Source: a virus (taxonomy: Duplodnaviria; Caudoviricetes). From it: a DNA stretch of 60,642 bases. The position numbers and the translations under genes are program-made. The stretch is from positions 1 to 60,642 of IMG/VR virus record IMGVR_UViG_3300031673_000043; one strand, 5' to 3'. The notes beneath the pieces are model-generated. The model saw nothing but the letters and a program-made list of their open reading frames with translations, ran no database searches and had not been told where the DNA came from. The first letter of the stretch is position 1, and each line of letters starts with the position of its first letter. Shown here piece by piece: positions 38,269-49,027 of the stretch.

Positions 38269-38781
38269 TCAAGGGCTCCTCGGTGTGATCGAGATCGGAG
38301 GCACGGTCCCGGTGAACGGTGCACACTTGACCGCTATGAGATCAGGATCCAGGTACCTGAATTGCCAGAGGAGCTCACAGTCCTCGAGTGGAGTGAACAC
38401 AATCAGCATGTTCCGTTGCTCCATTCCAGGCCAGTGCTCGAACTCATAGAAGGGATAGGATCCGGCGCTCATGTCCTCCCAGCGTGCACGGGACCAGACA
38501 CTCAGGTCTGACATTGCGAGATCCCGGACCGCTGCAATCTTGTAGTAGTAGGGAGTGCTCTTGACCGTGGTGCTGTCATAGTACATGTACTCGACTGTCC
38601 CCTCGAGTGGTGTGACGAAGTCGAGCATCAGGTACCCGGTGTCAGGGTGAGCGCTCCTGTAGAGGATGAAGTAGTCAGCCGGTGGATCATTCTCATCAGT
38701 CCAGCCCAGAGCGAACTGAGCGAACGCGCTCCCGGTCACCGTCAGGACCAGGAGCAGGCAGAGCAGCAGTGCTCTCTTCAT
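38269..38781 (-). CDS. Secreted fibronectin type III-like protein
   Basis: Signal peptide MKRALLL...SAFA; L.W...Y.LYRS...YYD....YYYKIAAV. Confidence 0.65.
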   Translation of the reverse strand: MKRALLLCLLLVLTVTGSAFAQFALGWTDENDPPADYFILYRSAHPDTGYLMLDFVTPLEGTVEYMYYDSTTVKSTPYYYKIAAVRDLAMSDLSVWSRARWEDMSAGSYPFYEFEHWPGMEQRNMLIVFTPLEDCELLWQFRYLDPDLIAVKCAPFTGTVPPISITPRSP

Positions 38782-38874
38782 TGCGGTCTCCTTCCGTTGT
38801 GTGAATAGAAGAAGGTGCAGGGGACTGAGTATGAGCTCAACCTCCTGCACCTCTTGCCACCAGATCAGGCGCTG

Positions 38875-39147
38875 TTAGCCTGCTCTCGGGATCTCGGTGA
38901 AAGTCAAGTTCATACAGTAGTGGAACTCGACCTCCTCCAGGATCACGTTGCCGGATCCGTAGTCATCAGCGTCTCCGTCACCCCAGTCCAGGGGATCCCA
39001 GCAATCCATCATGATCTCCCAGAAGCAGATCACAGCGTACCCTGGATTATAGGCTGCATACTTGCAATAGATACTGGCCTGCAGTGGTATTGCTACCATC
39101 ACAAAGACCAGCGCTGCAAGCAGCAAGGTGATGAGGATGTTCCTCAT
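38875..39147 (-). CDS. Small secreted Cys-containing protein
   Basis: Signal peptide ending PLQA; AAGGAGG RBS. Confidence 0.65.
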   Translation of the reverse strand: MRNILITLLLAALVFVMVAIPLQASIYCKYAAYNPGYAVICFWEIMMDCWDPLDWGDGDADDYGSGNVILEEVEFHYCMNLTFTEIPRAG

Positions 39148-39159
39148 GAGGTCACCTCC

Positions 39160-39717
39160 TTAGTGTGAGAGAGTATTGATTGCTTCACAGTATAGGACCG
39201 CGTCCGGCTGTGAAGTCAAGGGAAACTTTGCGAACAGGACCTGCTGCCCTCTCGGTGTGTCGAAGATGTCATCCTGCCCTGTAGGGATCTGGAGCATCCT
39301 CTCATCCGAGCACACCGGTTGCAGATCACACTTCTGAATGATGAAGAGTTCATCACTCTCGATCTGCAGGGTGTCCCCTCGCTCTATGTAAGTCATCAGG
39401 ATCGAGCTCCGATCAGACCAGAACGAGGTCCCACCGGTCGATGTGATGACGAAGCCGAAGTACTTGAAAGCTCCATCTCGTTCCATCTGTCTGAACACTT
39501 CACCGAAGTTGTCAGGGAGCTGGGCACGCGCTGCCTCAGGCATTGCTGACAGAGGCCTGGTGTAATAGTAGTAGACAATCACGTCACCAGGTTGAGCGGT
39601 CCAGATGCTCCAGCCCTCTCCGTTGTAGAGTGGTTTGTTCAGGATCTCGACCTTGCCGTCCTTGCATCCACAGGACACGAAGCAGAGGACTAGGGTGAGC
39701 AGGATGAGTGTCTTCAT
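39160..39717 (-). CDS. Putative lipoprotein
   Basis: MKTLILLTLVLCFVSC lipobox-like. Confidence 0.65.
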   Translation of the reverse strand: MKTLILLTLVLCFVSCGCKDGKVEILNKPLYNGEGWSIWTAQPGDVIVYYYYTRPLSAMPEAARAQLPDNFGEVFRQMERDGAFKYFGFVITSTGGTSFWSDRSSILMTYIERGDTLQIESDELFIIQKCDLQPVCSDERMLQIPTGQDDIFDTPRGQQVLFAKFPLTSQPDAVLYCEAINTLSH

Positions 39718-39787
39718 AGTGAGTCTCCTTGTAGTTGTGGGAGCTGAGTGCTGAGGGGACTACACCCAGCTCCCGGACCAGGCACGT

Positions 39788-40042
39788 CTACCGTGAGCTC
39801 ATCTCTATCGGTAGGGATCTTGCTGCATCTACGGCCTGGGTTCTCTTGTGACGTTCAACGAGAGCCTGGAGCTCCCGGTATCTCTTGAGATCTCGAGCCT
39901 CAATCTTGAGACGCTGGTAGATTGCCCGTGCACTGCTCTTCGGGTAGACTCGAGATCCCATACCGTTCCAGGTGAGCTTGCTCTTCTTGTCCGCAAGGAT
40001 CGAGGCTGCTCTCCTGAGGATCTTTGACTTCGTTCTGTTCAT
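39788..40042 (-). CDS. Basic hypothetical protein
   Basis: First gene of the leftward operon; GAGGGG RBS. Confidence 0.6.
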   Translation of the reverse strand: MNRTKSKILRRAASILADKKSKLTWNGMGSRVYPKSSARAIYQRLKIEARDLKRYRELQALVERHKRTQAVDAARSLPIEMSSR

Positions 40043-40126
40043 GAAGGTCCCCTCAGTTCAATGGTGGACTGCCCGGTGCTCTTAACAATGGGACCACCGA
40101 GCAGCCCTCTTCAGATGTTCCCTTCA

Positions 40127-40176
40127 ATACTACCTGAGTGCTCGGATCCATGTCAAGCACAATTTGACATAATCGA
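40127..40176 (-). promoter_or_regulatory. sigma70 promoter (leftward) plus operator motif copy 3
   Basis: TTGACA-N18-TAGTAT on the minus strand; ACAATT-TGACAT-AATCGA at 40159..40176. Confidence 0.6.
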
Positions 40177-40419
40177 AAACCGGGGACAGGGATCTTGATC
40201 GAACGGATCCACAGGAGCGCATCTCGAGCACCGGATCCAGTAGGTGACTAGGTGCACGGAACGAGCGAGGGAGTGCAGGATCCAGGAGGGGAGGTGCAAG
40301 TTCGGGAGGGAGGTGCTTGTCTAGAGGTCTCAGGCCTGCCCTCAGGCCTCATCTGCTCACTTCTCACCCCTGTCTGAACTCGGGTGTCTCAACTCAGCAG
40401 TGCAACACACTCACTCAAC

Positions 40420-40646
40420 GTCCACTTATGTATATATTATTATTATATAAGTGTTTATGTCTATATGTATAGGGTCCACTTATGGTCCACTTATGGACAT
40501 GCGTCCACTTATGTATAAGTGCATAGGGGACAGTGGGTTGCAAGGTTGTCTCCATAATTTCCCATAATTGGACGTTGAAAAGTGTCTATTTGAGTGAGCT
40601 AAGTTGTTGTCAATGTCAATATTACTCATAAGTGGCATAAGTGGAC
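40420..40646. repeat. Iteron cluster, candidate replication origin
   Basis: GTCCACTTATG at 40420, 40474, 40485, 40503; inverted copies at 40563 (1 mismatch), 40627 (9 bp) and 40636; AT-rich core. Confidence 0.75.
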
Positions 40647-40701
40647 GTGTGTGAACAATGCCGATAGTTAGGAAGATCAGCGCTCGGGCTCATTTTAGGT
40701 G

Positions 40702-40734
40702 TTGACAGTCAAGCGCTCAATATTATATAATCGA
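40702..40734 (+). promoter_or_regulatory. sigma70 promoter plus operator motif copy 4
   Basis: TTGACA-N18-TATAAT; TCAATA-TTATAT-AATCGA at 40717..40734. Confidence 0.75.
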
Positions 40735-40773
40735 AAAATACATTTTACTCTGAACAGATTGAGGAGGGACCAC

Positions 40774-40914
40774 ATGTCAGATAAACAGACTTCACTTGCT
40801 CAGAGATTGCATGAGACCGCTGCTGCAGTCGAGGCTGGGAAGTACGGCACGGGTGATGGTGTAGATCTGGACGCGGTCAATGATGATCTTGATGAGATCT
40901 TCGATGAACTATAG
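40774..40914 (+). CDS. 46-aa protein with acidic C-terminus
   Basis: Start revised to MSDKQTS after GAGGAGG. Confidence 0.65.
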   Translation: MSDKQTSLAQRLHETAAAVEAGKYGTGDGVDLDAVNDDLDEIFDEL

Positions 40915-40925
40915 GGGGGACCACG

Positions 40926-41171
40926 GTGAAAATACATCTGAGAAAACACAAGCATGGAGAGGAAGCGTCACCACTGGGCAGTGTCCATGCTGTGAGGATT
41001 GAGACTCAGAGTGGTGTTGTCTGGATCCAGGAAGGGAATGTCAATGGGATCAGGATCACTGCTCAAGAAGGGAAGCTCTGTTGCATACCAGTAGATCTTA
41101 ACATGGTTGAGCTGGTTGTTCTCGGTGAGGGGTATGAGATCATGCACGAGTCGGAGAGTGATGGAGGATAG
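40926..41171 (+). CDS. Hypothetical protein
   Basis: In operon. Confidence 0.6.
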   Translation: MKIHLRKHKHGEEASPLGSVHAVRIETQSGVVWIQEGNVNGIRITAQEGKLCCIPVDLNMVELVVLGEGYEIMHESESDGG

Positions 41172-41172
41172 A

Positions 41173-41376
41173 ATGGGACAGTTCAACTGGACGGGGAAGA
41201 CTTCATAAGGGAAGGACATCACGGTGCTCTTTGACTACCAGGGTGTCTTCTCCGGTGCAGTGAAGATCCACATCGAGGAGCAGGGATCTCCTACCAGACG
41301 GGTTGTGATACCTGCAGCAGCGCTGGGAAAATTTATTGTTCATGTACTTGAGGAGAGTGACTCTAATGAGAGATGA
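41173..41376 (+). pseudogene. Small gene interrupted by an in-frame TAA
   Basis: GGAGG RBS, ATG 41173, TAA 41206..41208, then frame open to 41376. Confidence 0.5.
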
Positions 41377-41824
41377 CTACCGATGGATTCTACAGCAGGC
41401 AGGGGAGCATCCTAGGTTCACTGACAATGCAGAGGACTATCTCAGAGGGATCCTACTTGAAGCAGAGGGACGTGCTGAGGACATACCTACAGAGATGAAG
41501 GTCAGAGAGGTCTTGTTGCCGTCTCCTCTGGATGAGCTTCCTGGGGATCAGCGTGAAGTGATCCGAGCTATTGTCAGGGAACGTCTCGAGAAGGAGCGTC
41601 AGAGATATGAACGGGCAATGCTTGCAGTGCTCGGTGGGAAACTCGAGAAGGCAATCAATATCCTGGTGAAGTATGAGGGTCCTGAGTGCAAGTTCATTGA
41701 GCTCGAGGATGACTCCGGTGCAGGCCTCTCTATGGGACAACACACCCAGGATCCAAAACACCCAGAGCTCACGCGGATCCGTATCACTGCAGCGAACATC
41801 ATAAACATGGAGAACATGTCATGA
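41366..41824 (+). CDS. Hypothetical protein, tandem paralog A
   Basis: Start revised to MRDDY; aligns with 41821..42222. Confidence 0.7.
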   Translation: MRDDYRWILQQAGEHPRFTDNAEDYLRGILLEAEGRAEDIPTEMKVREVLLPSPLDELPGDQREVIRAIVRERLEKERQRYERAMLAVLGGKLEKAINILVKYEGPECKFIELEDDSGAGLSMGQHTQDPKHPELTRIRITAANIINMENMS

Positions 41825-42222
41825 GAGCAGACTACACTCAGATCCTCGAGCTAGTACGGGGACACCCAGGGATCCCTGACAAGTACACCAGGCACGTTGA
41901 GAAGATCCTCCTCGACACGGAGCAGCAGTTCCCCGAGGTAGTGCTCAGTGAGACCGAGCCTGGTGGAGTGGAGGGCCTAGTCAATCTTGTTCTGGGGAGA
42001 GTGATCCGGGACGCTATGCTCAAGGCGCTCACTGAGAGCCTCAACAATGCAATCAATATCGTTCTCTTCAAGGCAGGATTTGAGACACACTTCGAGGAGA
42101 TCGAGAACGACAAGGGAGAGGGGATCAAGATTGGTGAGCGGATCGAGGATCCAGCCTACAAGGGAGTGGTGAAGCTCAGGATCACTGCACTGGACATTGT
42201 CAATCTGGAGAGCACGTCATGA
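41821..42222 (+). CDS. Hypothetical protein, tandem paralog B
   Basis: MRADY...AINI...RITA..I.N.E. Confidence 0.7.
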   Translation: MRADYTQILELVRGHPGIPDKYTRHVEKILLDTEQQFPEVVLSETEPGGVEGLVNLVLGRVIRDAMLKALTESLNNAINIVLFKAGFETHFEEIENDKGEGIKIGERIEDPAYKGVVKLRITALDIVNLESTS

Positions 42223-44042
42223 CCATCGATCTCACCACTCGAGAGATATTACTGCTCTGGATCCTCTACACTGTCCTGGTACCATTCACTCGAGGGTTCC
42301 TGGTTCCCCTATTCATGGATGTATACTCAGCGCTCAAGAGGAAGGGGACAGGATGACCACAGCGATGAATCACAATGAGATTGCAGCTATATGTAGAGAG
42401 CTCCTCGAGGAAGAAGGGTTCACGGATCTCAGTAGGTGGGACGGTGAGATCTATCGCTTCGCTGCTGAGTTCGCTGGGAGGGCTCTGGCACGTAAGGCTG
42501 TGAGAGAAGAGTTCCGAAGGATCTACCTCGGAGTCATCGAGAGGACCATACCGATCATAGCAAGGGAGTTCGTCAACGACACCAGGCTGATGACAGCTGA
42601 GGGGAAGTGGACTCCTGAGTCCGTGCTCCTCTGGGCTCTGATGAAGCGCCTTGCAGAGGTGACACCACACCCGGAAGGGATGGTGATCCTCAGCTCCGAG
42701 ACACGTCAACTCGAGCTGGATGTCCCTCACATACCGGAGAACGCTGCTCTCATAATACAGGTTATAGGAGAGAACAGGGTCCGCGTCACAGCAGCGGATC
42801 CTATAGTGATAGAGGAAGAGGAGAAGGAAGGATGACCGTCTACAGTAAGTCAGCTACAGCCGAACAGTCCCAGCTCATGAAGGAGTTCGAGGAGCTCACG
42901 GGGTTCGAGTTCCTGCACCAGACCGCTCTCGACTTAGGTGAGATGACGTTCGATGATACCTGGAGACTCAATCTGCAGTGGTATCGAGACCACATCCAGG
43001 AAGTCACTAGGTCAGTAGAGGATCTTTATACACCGGAGGAGGCATGAGCAGAGGAGCTCTACATCCATCAACTCACTGGTTGACCTGCAGGCACCAGATC
43101 TGCCGGAACGGGTTCGACTATCAGATGCCATGTGACGTGCTGAAGGAGATGCCGGGAGGAAGGGTCAAGGTCCGCGTCTATGGCAACAGGTACTGGGGAG
43201 GATCTCGCTCGAGGATCCGCTATGTCTCGAAGTACAGAGTCAAGGAGAGGAAGAGCCTGCTTGAATAAGGAGACCACATGAACAAAGGAGTCCGATACCC
43301 GGAACACGAGAAGATTGCAAGGCTGGACGGAACGAACAACCGGATCGGTGAGTTCCTCGAATGGTTGAGGGACGTGCATCACGTTCAACTACCGAAGTCG
43401 ATCTCAGATCTACTCGCTGACTACTATGAGATCGACCTCGACAAGCTCGATGAGGAGAAGCAGCACCTGCTCAAGGTGCAGCGCCGTCTCCCTGTGTTCG
43501 ATGACATCGAGAAGGACATTGTTACTGTCCGAGGTGTAGGAGAGGCAGACGCTCCTGACCGTTCACGGTTCGGAGGTGAGCAGGATGAGCAGCACTCCTG
43601 AGAGCATGGTATGTGCAGCAGCGTCCATCACGGTCGATGGTGTCACTACTACCTTCACCTCTACGATAGGGTGCAAACCAGGCCGAGAGAGTCTCATGCT
43701 CGACATAGCCTGGAGGAAGACCATGATCCAGTTCAACGAGGATCTGGACGGAGCGAAGGAGACGGAGGAGAAGACATGAGATGGTGGAGAGAGCTCAGAG
43801 ATCCCGCGCTGAAGTGCAAGCGCTTAGGACATAAATACAGAGAAGGATCCAGGAGGATCCGGCGTGAGACACATGAGTTTCGCTCCGTCTGCATAGACTA
43901 TGAGCAGCGCTTCAAGGAGTGCTCCCGTTGCGGACACTGGCAACTGCTCGAGGAGCGAGAGCTCGACAGGTACACCGGAGTCTCCATGCCGTCCTCCTGG
44001 TGGGATGAGATGAGGGAGAACGGGTTCATCGTAGTCAGATAG
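42219..44042 (+). other. Run of small coupled hypothetical genes: 42219..42356 (membrane peptide), 42353..42835, 42832..43047, 43044..43268, 43278..43601, 43585..43779, 43776..44042
   Basis: Consecutive ATGA overlaps and GGAG RBSs. Confidence 0.6.
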
Positions 44043-44050
44043 GAGACACA

Positions 44051-44632
44051 ATGAAGCACGTCATGCTAGACATCGAGACAATGAGCAGGAGACCGAACGC
44101 TGCAATCGTATCAATCGGCGCTGTACCATTCAACTCTGCCGGTCAGATTGCAGCACCGGTCTCCCTCTTCTACCATACCATCCACTTGAAGAGCTGTGAG
44201 CAGGCTGGTCTCCACATAGGAGCAGAGACGGTGGACTGGTGGATGCACCAGGACACGAAGGCACGTCTTGAGCTCCACATGAACTGTCAGGAGATCGGAC
44301 TGGTCCTCGACCGCTTTACGCTCTTCCTAGAGGACATCAAGAAGAAGGAGAGCTGTGAGCCCTTCATCTGGGGACGCGGACCAGGCTTCGACAACGTCAT
44401 CCTCCGTGAGGCTTACCGTACTATGGGAAAGCCCTGTCCCTGGAACTTCAGGAAGGATCGGTGCATGAGGACACTCGAGCTGATCTATGCAGCCCAGGGA
44501 CATAGTGTCTCTGACGTGCACCGCGAGCTCGAGAACATGGAGGACAGGGTAGAGCACCACGCTCTGCATGACGCTATGTTCCAGGCCGGTGTCACTTCAC
44601 TCATGCTGAAGGATCTGGAGGTCAGTATATGA
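44051..44632 (+). CDS. 3'-5' exonuclease (DEDDh family)
   Basis: MLDIET, IVSIGAV, GFDNVIL and HHALHDA motifs. Confidence 0.85.
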   Translation: MKHVMLDIETMSRRPNAAIVSIGAVPFNSAGQIAAPVSLFYHTIHLKSCEQAGLHIGAETVDWWMHQDTKARLELHMNCQEIGLVLDRFTLFLEDIKKKESCEPFIWGRGPGFDNVILREAYRTMGKPCPWNFRKDRCMRTLELIYAAQGHSVSDVHRELENMEDRVEHHALHDAMFQAGVTSLMLKDLEVSI

Positions 44633-47600
44633 ACGAGCCTATCTACTGGGATCCACACAAGGAGCGCTATGTCACCGGCAAGTGTTATGGTGAAGGATCC
44701 TTCAACAACCGTCCGCGTGATTGTGTCGAGGAAGACGAAGAGTGAAGTGCACGGACGGACAAGGCCGGAAGTGTGAGCGGACTGCAGAGTACATGCTCCA
44801 TGATGGGAACGTGAAGATCCCCGGAGGAGGTATGTGTGAGGAGCACGCGCTCGAGTGCCTGCAGGAGTACGCTGACAAACTAGATCTACACTGGCAGGGG
44901 ATCCCTATCGATGAGTACGGGAAGAGAGCCCGAGGGAAGAGGATCCTCAGAGCAACAAGGAAGACCGGATGACTGTATTGACACACTTGGGAGCCTTCGT
45001 CCTGGGGCTGTTCGTTGCAAGGTACGTCCTGCTCCGGCGCTGGGCGAAGATCGAGAGCGACATCGAGGATCTCAGAGACAGGATCTACCTTGCAACCGAG
45101 CGACTGCTCGAGGAGGAGTGATGCCGAAGCAGGAAGTCTACACGTGTGACATCTGCAAGAAGAGCGCTCCGATCTCTCATGCCGATGCAGCGGACTACAT
45201 GGTCCTCCACGGAACGAAGGTCAAGAAGACCTGGAGGAAAACGAAGCCGAAGGATGAGGGAGCTGACTTCCATAGGACTCTCTGCCCGAGGTGCATGGAC
45301 ACCACAGAGCAGATCCTCGAAGCGCTGACGAAGAACATGGAAGGGAGCGAGTGACCGGCGTATTGCCAACACGTGAGGACGCTCGCTCCCGAACAAAGGA
45401 GACACCGATGGAAGAGAAGATGCAACCGAAGACCAGCAGAGAAGGGGTGACCGAGGAGGATGTCAACCGAGTCTATGATACCTTCTGGAAGCCTATCCTC
45501 GAGACAAACCCGGATGAGGGACAACGAGTGCAGCGGGGAGTCACCGACTTCAGCATCACCCAGGCGAAGAAGGAACTCTATGACTTCTGGGTTCTGATGC
45601 AGAACGTCCCTCAGGTCTACAGCGCTGTCACCGGAGGCAGAGTCAGCAAACACATGACCTGCCCGTCCGCTGTGATCTCAGAGTTTGAGGACTACACCAG
45701 CGAAGTGACCAGGGAAGAGGTGAAGGAGCAGACCGAGGAGATCACCGCCGAGAAGAACCAGGCGCTCAAGGACCTCGAGCATCTCAAGAAGAACCTGGCC
45801 TCAGCTGAGCGGATTCGGGGGCAGAACACCCGGCTCCGGCGTGCAGTAAGGCAGGCACTCGCTGAGATGCCATTCCCAGTGGGGACCATGAAAATCAAGA
45901 AGGCATTGACAGACGCGCTCCACTTCAAGGTACAATCTGAGGAGAAACCTCAGGAGGAGAGCAGTGAACGAAGAGATCCACATGCCGGTGACACTCAAGG
46001 AAGCCCGTGAGCTTGAGAAGCTAGATGCAGTCTGGGACTCGATCACCACCGTTGTCGGACTGTATCACTACTTCAGGATCCTGGGAGAATCGAGGACCAG
46101 ACAGATCCTGCAGGAGCTCACAGAGAAGAAGCAGGTCCACATGCACGTCATCAAGGTGATGGAGTGCGGACGTTGTGGGATCCGGGAGACTATCGCTCCG
46201 ATCTCAGAGGGTGAAAAGTTCGCTCTCGGTATAGATAAACGGTATAGATGCTTCGCGTGCAGAACACTCTAGGAGGCCGGATTGTGACAGATAAGAAGGA
46301 AGAGTACAAACTACCAGAGGACATATATGAGATCCTCTTCGATCAATACCCGAGCATGACAGAACTGCTCGAGCGTCAGATGAACTCGTTCCACAGAGGG
46401 AGGAACGCTTACTTCTCAGCACGTCAGCTCCTTCTACTGCTCAAGAAGCTCCGTGAGTCAGGGCTGCTATGGAGGCCGTGGTTCATGAAGAAGCTCCACG
46501 AGATCCAGCAGGAGAACGGGAAGGAAGGACTGATTGAGAAGTATGTCCGTGAGATTGAGAAGGAGAACGAAGAACTCAAGAAGAAACTAGCAAAGCAGGA
46601 GACCAGTGATGAGCAATAAAAAAGATCTACATATCCGGGTAGAGCTCACTGGGGAGGACCAGCACACGCTCATTCTTGACAGCAGGGAACACTTCCAAAA
46701 ACACCCAGACCTCACTCTCGATGAAGTTAGGCAACACATAGATACTGAGCTCGACTCCTGGAGACAGAGAGGTCGAGATGAAAAAAGAACCAGAGACGGC
46801 GAACCAGATCCGTCACAGAATACTACAACACTGGAGGATAACACACGGCAGGATGAAGAAGGATCCTGAGTGTGCATCCTGTAGAGCACTCGAGGCAGAA
46901 CTCGAGAAGGCAAGGGAGAGGGAGCGGACATGATCTGTGGACTATGCAACTGGAAGGGAACCAGACCGAACAAGCAAGGACTCTGGTGCAACTGTGATCT
47001 CTCCGGCAGGAAGCAGATCCGAGCAACCGACTCCGCGTGTGACTGCTTCGATGAAGATCCGAAGGCGCTGGAGTTACTACAGTACGGTCAACACTTGGAG
47101 CTTGAGAACATGAGACTATGGCAGCTGGTGCTCAACCAGTGCTCCGCGCTCACCTCAGCTGAGAGGCTTGTCCTCTTCCACATGAGGATCTCCCAGAACA
47201 TCAAGAGACTCCTGGACCTGATGGACAAGTGCCAGGTCTTAGAGGGTACATCCCTCCTGACAGGACCAGTCCCTCAGCTCCAGGATGCACACAGAGCACT
47301 AAGACAAAAGCTCAAGGAGACCAGCATGAAGTATCCGACACCCGAGGAGGTTGAGGGAGCTGACCGCGTCCAGCTCGCTCGATGGAGCAGGTACCTCAAC
47401 TCACCAGGCGCTGCAGCAATAGGGACTCTAGAGTTCAACGAGCGTCTGGAGGAAGAGGGGAAGATCCTCGAAAGGATCCTCGAGAGGTTCGAGGAGGCCG
47501 GAGGTATGACACCGGAGATCAGCAAGGAGATCGGATGGTAGACGAAGAGAAGAAGCACCGGATCATAGTCAAGTACAAGCTCTATGGTGAGCACGTGAGG

Positions 47601-49027
47601 ACACGGATCTTCATAGGACCTCTCAACGAGGAGAAGCCCTCGAACGCGGGGAGTCTGTTGTTCCGTCTCGATGAGTTCGAGGCTCTCCGTGAGATCCTGC
47701 AGAAGGGTCTGAAGGAATACAGGAACGCGGAGCTCGAGTTCCGTGAGGTCGATCACATCGGAGGCAAGGATGAAGTTTGCTCCTCCTAGATGGACATGGA
47801 GGTTCCTGCCGAAGGAAACACAGAGAGCTCTCACAATTGCGAGTGTCAGAGAGAACATGCTCTTCTTCGGGTATGATCTCAGTGATGTCACCGATGAGGA
47901 GCTCGAGGATAACGCTGTCAGGGCTGCTCGGATGATTGCTCGAGCAATGCCAACAGTGCAGGAAGCAGCAGAGGCAATGAAGACCTTAGCTCGAGCAGCT
48001 GGTCAGGTAGGATTGAAACGAGCAGACATATTGCCAGGACCTGGTGGTGGTCCACAGTCAGATGAGCCGCTTGCCTAGTTCCCCTAGCTAGGCTGTCCCT
48101 TGAAACCCCATTGACTCCACCACCAGGATCCCGGCAGAAGGAGACCACTGAGATGGTATTCAAGAAGAGGAAGGAATACGATCATAGAGAAGCTGTCCAC
48201 GATCTAGTAGATAATCTCCTAGATAAGGAGAAGAGAGTGAAGAGGGGAGGTTCGCGCCCTCGCTGGTTTCCCCGGATGCTCACTATTCCTCGTTTCCTGG
48301 ACCACCAGGGGAGATATAGGGGAGAGGACAGGGAGTTCGTTATAGGAGAACCGTATGGGATGGACAGTGATCTAGTAAAGGATCTAATTAGATTTTGCGA
48401 CAAGCACGGATTCGACTTTGATATTGAGGCCGGTTCTACTTATTATCCTGGAGCTACTGTGCTTGTTAGAATATTCAGGAAGAACACATGAAGGGCTTCG
48501 TCATAAATAAGATCCTGACTGAGATAGAGCCCGAGGAACCTATAGGTCAGTGGATCCTCGAGATCCTCTTCCGTGTGCCTCAACCGGTCATCAACATACT
48601 CACTGACTACAAGGCTGAGAACCTTCCTACCCAGGTCTACAGATACTATGCTCACCTGCAGCCTATAGGTCACGAATACCTGGACAGGTTCCACTCTGCT
48701 CGAGCGGATCTCATAGCGTCTCTTCTCGATCCCCCCGAGGAGATCCCTGGGAAGGTAGAGTTCGAGCTCGAACCTCCTGGGGATCCCTCACACTGGTTGT
48801 GCAATCATATCCTCGGGTTCACTAACTATGAGCTCTCTGTCCTCTGCAGGATCCCGGAGCCTCAGCTCTCGAAGCCTCAGCGGTTCCTGCTTCCGGTGTT
48901 GATGGTTGCTCTTGATACGTTACGGGGACTGAAGGCTCACGAGGATCTGTTGACACACTACCACAGGACCAGGTATAGACTCATCAAGTTCTACATGGAT
49001 GCTTACTATCACGCGCTGGACAAGTGA
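44629..49027 (+). other. Run of small hypothetical genes: 44629..44745, 44742..44972, 44969..45121, 45121..45354, 45408..46010, 45964..46272, 46284..46619, 46609..46869, 46930..47541, 47535..47789, 47770..48078, 48153..48491, 48488..49027
   Basis: Tightly packed co-oriented ORFs with RBSs; several CxxC motifs. Confidence 0.6.

Noticed and set aside
41206-41208. Stop-codon reassignment
   Set aside because: Isolated case; TAA, TAG and TGA all terminate conserved genes normally
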